Assembly (NCBI GenBank): GCA_043228905.1 | Contig: JBHGNT010000015.1 | Span: 10,106,001 to 10,170,000, forward strand | Direction: 5' to 3' | Length of the DNA: 64,000 bases | Source: Azolla caroliniana | Lineage: Eukaryota; Plantae; Polypodiophyta | Shown: positions 58,666 to 64,000 of the stretch, piece after piece | How positions within the stretch are numbered: the stretch's first letter is position 1 | How the letters are laid out: the number at the start of each line of letters is the position of its first letter | Position numbers and translations under genes: made by a program | Notes under the pieces: generated by a model | Database searches by the model: none | What the model saw: only the letters and a program-made list of their open reading frames with translations | Told to the model about the DNA's origin: nothing

Positions 58666-60864
58666 TGTTGTTGGGGTGGGGGGTGAAGCTTAGAATGGCT
58701 TCACCCCCCTCCGAAGGGGGTTACGATAGAGAGAGAGAAGGAGAGAGTGAAAATAAGAATGACACCAAAATAAGAGGGAAAAAGTTATTCATTACATACC
58801 CCATAGGGGGTTTATATAATATATCCAATGTAACGATTACATGACCGTTATAAATAAGACCGTTACACATTCTTGTACACATGCACATAATTGTGCATGT
58901 TTCCATACACATACTCATCCTCACACACTCATTTACTTTACACATATACATCAACCACATCATTACACATACCCTTATGCTTCCTTGTATATTCTTACGG
59001 GTAACAAGAAATCAGATTTTTTGCAAGGTTTGGAACATGCATCACATTCAGCATATACTTTGTTTTTCCTTTTTCTTCCCACAATGGGATCTCTCCAACA
59101 TGCTCTATTTGGTGAGCAATATTATGAATTGTTTGTACATAACCAGGAATCTCTGGTTCTCTTAGACTTTCAAACCAATTTGCATGTCTTGTCATATGAT
59201 CAGATGCCCAAGAATCTACATACCACATAAACTCTTCATTGCATCTCTGTGAACATTCAGCCATTGCTGTTGTTTCATGTTGCAACACAAATGCACCATC
59301 TTTATCACAATCTTCACTAGTTGAGGCATAACTATTTTGTTGTCTCTTCCCTCTTTTTTCATCATTTTGCTTTTGATAGCATTCAACCTGTGTATGGCCT
59401 GGTTTTCCACAATACCAACAACTATCATCATTCAAAAAAGTTTGCTTACCTCTACCTCGATTGCTCCCCCTGCCTTTGATGTTGTTTCTTCTAGTTACAA
59501 CCCGTTGTCCTCTTCCTTGATAATTGTTGTTGGTTCTAACTGAACCAAATCTTCCATGGCCTCTTCCTCATCATCTTCTACCTTCACATTGATAGAAGCA
59601 AGTGATTCACATATGCTCTTTATTTTCAAAGTATACTCATTCACTAACATCTTACCTTTTTCCAAGGTATTTATCTCAGTCTTCAACTGAAGCTTTCTAG
59701 CCTTTGTGTTCACTGCAAACAGTTTTACTAAACCGTTCCAAGCTTCTTTTGGAAGCATAGTATCTTGTATGTGTCCAAGCATCGAATTTGAGATGCTGAG
59801 TGAGAGCCAATGCAATACCTTTCTTGCCCCTTGATTCCATTCCTTAAATGCTTTAATTTGTGCAGCAGTTGCATTTTCTTCAGGGATCTCTGGAGCCTCT
59901 TCTAGGCCTCCTTCAATGTAATCCCAGTATCCTTTTCCCATCAGGAAATTTGTCATTTTGAATTTCCACGCCAGGAAATTGTTTTTATCTCATTTTTCTG
60001 TGACTATTTAGCTTCCATTTTCAACATCCATTCTCTCTTTCAATTAGGGCTTTTGCTACGTTTAACTTCACAGACAACTCTCTGATTCAGATCAACAACC
60101 AAAACCAAACTTCTTAGATTTGTACTGCTCTAATCTTCTTTACGAGCAACTCTACTATGATACCATGTTATAAAGGCGCTCTAGATCTTCTTTGTGCACA
60201 TCGGATCGTGATGTGCTGGATTATTTAGTGCTGAAGACAAAAAAAGGAAGGGGCAGGAGACTTCATCGGATCGTGATGTGCTGGATCATGATGTGCTGGA
60301 TCATTTAGTGCTCAAGACAAAAAAGGGAAGGGGCAGGAGACTTACCTCTGTGTAGCAAACCAAAATCGTCTTCTATTTCATTACACGCAAAGCTCAACTT
60401 GCTCTTGTCTGTTTTCTGTTTTTTTGTTTTTGTTCTCTTTCTTCTCTACTCTCGCTCTTACTCTACTTACTTTTTACCTAAGTTATAAGTGACTTCTATA
60501 TGCAGCTAATTAGTTGTTAGTAGCTATATAGTTGTGCATAGCTAAATAGTTGTTTCACCTTTATGTCCACTAGTAGCTAATTAGCTAATAGCTACTATAG
60601 CTTATTTCTCAATGAACATCACATACCTTGGTTGAGCTTGCTTCTCAACATAAACTCACATAAATACTTTAAACATGATAAGGAAGGGAAAAATGAGAGT
60701 TAATTGTGGGTGTGTAAATGACAATTACTAGAAAATCATACAAAGTAAAACGAAAATTTGTGTAATTAGAAATTTAATTAGAATAATAATCAATTAGGTG
60801 TATGGAACATTAAGCATACCTTAAGGTAAGAAACCCTAGGGTAATTGAAATGCTCCTCCTCAAG

Positions 60865-61210
60865 ACCACCACATCCCATAGAATCGGCCAACTAATAGCT
60901 CAATAGAGAGTAGAGTGGCATAGGTAGGCGACATACACCTCGTTAAGACCACAACATCTCATAGAATCGGCCAAGTGATGACTCAATAAAGGGAAAGGTG
61001 CCATACTCAACATCATGTGCAAAAGGGTCATGAGGTAAGCGTGTGCGATTAGGGCAAACATGCTCGACTTGATGCACAAGAATAATTATTACCATAAGAG
61101 ATGGCTCAAGAGAAGGGAGAGTGGGAGATACATCACAATATGCAGAAGGGCCATGAATTGAGCATGTGCGATTAGTGCAAACACAGTCGGCCCGATGCAC
61201 AATAATAATT
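60865..61210. repeat. Diverged tandem repeats in the A2 5' leader
   Basis: Repeated catagaatcggccaa and gggNcatga...gtgcgattagNgcaaaca...gatgcacaa blocks. Confidence 0.65.
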
Positions 61211-62248
61211 AAAATCGTAGCATGGTAGAAAGTAGAAAGAAAGAAAATAAAACGTAATACAAATTTGACTCGACCAAGAAAAACACATCATAGAAAAGAA
61301 AAGAGAGATCAAGAAAGAAGAATACCGGGTTAAGAATGTTGTTTTGATCCTGTGAAGAGCAAGATGAGCCTTGTTAGATCCCCTTCGCTCACACGCGAAA
61401 AACATCAAAACAACAAAAAACAAAATGTTAGTAAATGCTCTAATACCACTGTTAAGAGTCTATTAGTAATCAATAGACCAAAGTAAAGTAAAAGAAGGAA
61501 AATAGATTAGATAGAAGAACCCGTTCCACCCGACCACCCTCGAGCTATGATCTAGACATAGCCAACCTACCACCGATGTCCCATACCATCAGATATTAGG
61601 ATGACTAATACCTTGGAAGCGATAAACACGATCGTCGAGACAAAAGCCTAGCCCGCACCGCCGGTGTTTACGACAACAACCTTCTGACGTAATGTGCTTA
61701 TGAGGGTAGCTAAGTCTCAAATTTATACCTTTTCCTAGGCCCCTTGAATAGATGTGCCTTTCTAAAAGGGTCTCCATTCATTGGTTGCCCAAATCACATT
61801 AGCCCCTTTCTAACATTGGTGAACATACCCTTCACTAATGTACATATTAGTGACCTACCCTCACCAATGTTTTGTGTACATAATAGTCGGCACCGGTTCA
61901 GATGTCTCTGCTGACTCGTCTCTCGGCCTAGGTTCATATGCGTCGATCGGTTGCCGAAGTTCATCCGACTCCGACTTGTATTCCTCGATCGACTTAAATA
62001 GGTCTCCCAACTCTGACACAACTATATTGGTCGGTTTACTCACCGACTCAGATTTGGCTGTGCCGACTAGTTGTCTTCAAACTGCCGACTGTGTTAGTTC
62101 GATTTTCCTTAAGTCAGTGGTAGTGGGATTCAACTGGGATGTCGATTTTGACTTCTATTGCTTGTAGTCCTCAATCATCTTGTCTTCCAAGAAGACTACG
62201 TCCTGACTCCTCACTACCTTCTTGTTGACTAAGTCCCACAACCTATAG

Positions 62249-64000
62249 CGTTGTCTGCCTAAGTCGGCCTAGTGGGAGAAGTTGGAAGAAAAGGAAGGTG
62301 TAGAGACATGAACAACCGTAGCATAATTATAAGGTCATAGGTACAGACCGAAGCATTATGAATGCCTAGAACGGTTCATGCTCCAAGCTAACCGACCATG
62401 ACCCAGTATATAAAAGGGCATGGGAAACTTGTAAAAGGTAGCGTAGAATTTTGGGTAATCCTTGAATATAGTTTTGTTGCTCTGAATCGTTGTCTCTCTT
62501 TGGTGGGTATACCATGTGGGTGATTAATTGTGTAAGTGATTCTATGTAAAGATTACGAATCGTGCGAAGGAAGTCGGTTGTAGCCATCTTCCTACTTCTC
62601 TTTCCCCTAAGCTTATGTCATGCTACGCATTACGCTCACAACCATTCATGAATAGGTTGTATACGCTCTCCATTCCTTGCACCATAATCTTCTTGAGTTG
62701 TACCACAAAGAACCGAGGGTAGGCAGTGTTCACCCTCGCCGGTAACACTTTTGGCACGCTTGGTGATCTGTGATTTTCAGAAACAAACCTCAGGGAATGG
62801 ATGTCTAGTCTAACCGCTGACACAACAAAGAACCAATTCGCCAAGTTAGACGATAGACCCAAGCTGAAACCCGAAGGGCAGCAGAACACTTTGCGCAAAA
62901 AGCATGCCTCAACAATTGCTTTCCGGATCTCTCAGAGAGTACACTTGAGTCTATGCTCATTGAGCAAAGTGGGACTAGGCAGGAGGTCCTATCCCCACTT
63001 CACTACCATGGTGAAACCACCAGCACAACACAAACCTCCCCACACCACATCGGTGGTACTTACCCCAGCTTCAGACAATACACTCCAATCACTTTCTCGT
63101 ACCCCTACTTCAGCGGAGAAACCTACATCGAAGGTCATGTTCGATCGTTCCAAAATGTTTGGAATGCCAACCATGTGTTGTAATGGCTTCTATAAGCCAA
63201 AGCCCAGGCTTCCAAAATCGCAGAGTTTGGCCTGACCCTCGACGAACCATCTTGACATTGTGACTTTCACCTTCTTCAACCAACTTCACTCGGTGTTTTT
63301 ACGCTTCTTTCATCGAAGCATTCCGTAATGCAAAATTATCAGCCAATTCTACTCTATTCGGAAGCTCCGGTAGGAGTCCGTCGTTGATTTCAGCCTACAG
63401 TTCCAGAATGTAAGGCATTAGCTGACAAGAGCTCCCACGGAAGATTAGGCAAAAGAAATGTTTTTGGCTGCCTTGCGCCGACCCTTGCGGACGACGTTGC
63501 GGTCATTGAACGGGCCTTATAGCTAGAATTAGAAGACGAGGATGATGGGTTGCCCATGGCGTCGTTACGGCAAGCGTTACCAAGAGACAAGGAGTATCCT
63601 TTCCAATAGGCCATCCAATGCACAATTTGTTTAAGCCCGGGACACTCAACGGTTGATTGCAACATGAGAGTCTATTGTCCTATTTGTCACTCGTGGCGCA
63701 TTCGGTGGACCAATGAGAATATAATATGTTAAATCGCCCTATAACACCACTATGCCGTATCGAGCCTCAATGTTCTAATCGACAAAGCGATCAGAGCGAA
63801 CAAGAAGAGCGCTACCAGAGTTCGGAGCGCAATCATCGCTCAGGCCAACCGAATCATCCTCACCGCGAAAATGATCCATATTTGGAGGATGAGGATGAGG
63901 AGGACGAGGAGTATCCAAGAAATTATCGCTATAATCCTCAGGGAGGACGATCCTACAGCAACTGGTGTCCCACTAATAATCGTGATGGGCATGCTGAGTC
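62249..64000 (+). mobile_element. Non-chromoviral Gypsy 'G3' (G1 relative): 5' LTR ~62249-62747, PBS and degraded gag, running off the window
   Basis: The LTR start cgttgtctgcc resembles the G1 terminus tgttgtccgcc. TATA at ~62407. LTR end ggtaaca followed by cttt-tggcacgcttggtg. Gag YPYFSGET...NVWNANH and CTICLSPGHS match G1 gag. Confidence 0.85.

Larger units (their letters stand above)
50649..59006 (-). mobile_element. Non-autonomous LTR element 'G2' (G1/G3 group) carrying a LINE
   Basis: 341-bp LTRs 50649-50989 and 58666-59006. TSD AGAAA. Interrupts Copia C at NLIS|VGQIVEQG. No gag/pol. The minus-strand PBS cttt-tggcacgctt at 58652-58665 matches the G3 PBS. Orientation is inferred from the PBS context and LTR TATA. 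Confidence 0.9.
30677..60650 (-). mobile_element. Ty1/Copia 'C', full-length, older, interrupted by D2, E and G2
   Basis: TSD TAAAC. LTRs 30677-31059 and 60166-60650. PBS at 60155-60165 and PPT at 31060. Coding pieces are RH/RT 31078-33186, INT 38801-38952 and 49801-50648, and gag/PR 59012-60030. Confidence 0.92.
10293..61885 (-). mobile_element. Chromoviral Ty3/Gypsy 'A2', full-length but degraded; hosts most other insertions
   Basis: LTRs 10293-10745 and 61450-61885. Met-type PBS at ~61437-61448 and PPT at 10746. Decayed TSD gtcaa/gtcgg. Domain order gag-PR-RT-RH-INT-chromo on the minus strand. Confidence 0.88.
8009..62248 (-). mobile_element. Ty1/Copia (Tnt1/Tork-like) 'B2': 3' LTR ~8009-8714, RT/RNase H 8715-10292, resuming at 61886-62248 after the 51.6-kb nested A2 insertion
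   Basis: PPT at 8715. RT ORF 9208-9768 (YVDD). The reading EPVP|TTGGRRYPL is continuous across 61886/10292 and matches the B1 linker (EPTMGGRRYPL). The left LTR start is approximate. Confidence 0.8.

Overview
Eukaryotic, gene-free, transposon-saturated window, most likely from a large non-seed land-plant genome such as a fern. That host assignment is inferred from the joint presence of a Tcn1-type chromovirus, an RTEX-like LINE and fern-type Copia/Gypsy families. Essentially all 64 kb resolves into nested retroelements: 7 Ty1/Copia copies, 3 chromoviral Gypsy copies, 3 members of a non-chromoviral Gypsy group, 2 copies of one LINE family and a 252-bp TG..CA insert. Most boundaries are supported by LTR pairs, PBS/PPT and 5-bp TSDs, and nesting reaches about 7 levels. 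I found no host gene, RNA gene or CRISPR array. The most unusual signal is in the non-chromoviral Gypsy group (G1, G2, G3). Next to the 3' LTR, where a polypurine tract is expected, G1 and G2 instead carry a second, inverted tRNA-Arg-like primer-binding site (sense strand GTCCCA[C/G]AGGCGTGCCA). This suggests tRNA priming of both strands or a PBS/anti-PBS RNA interaction. Other points of interest are a probable Tf1-like self-priming Tcn1 element, a large accessory ORF in G1, an in-frame ORF1-TAA-ORF2 LINE with a (CTTT)n tail, and a conserved hairpin that loops out the Copia PPT.
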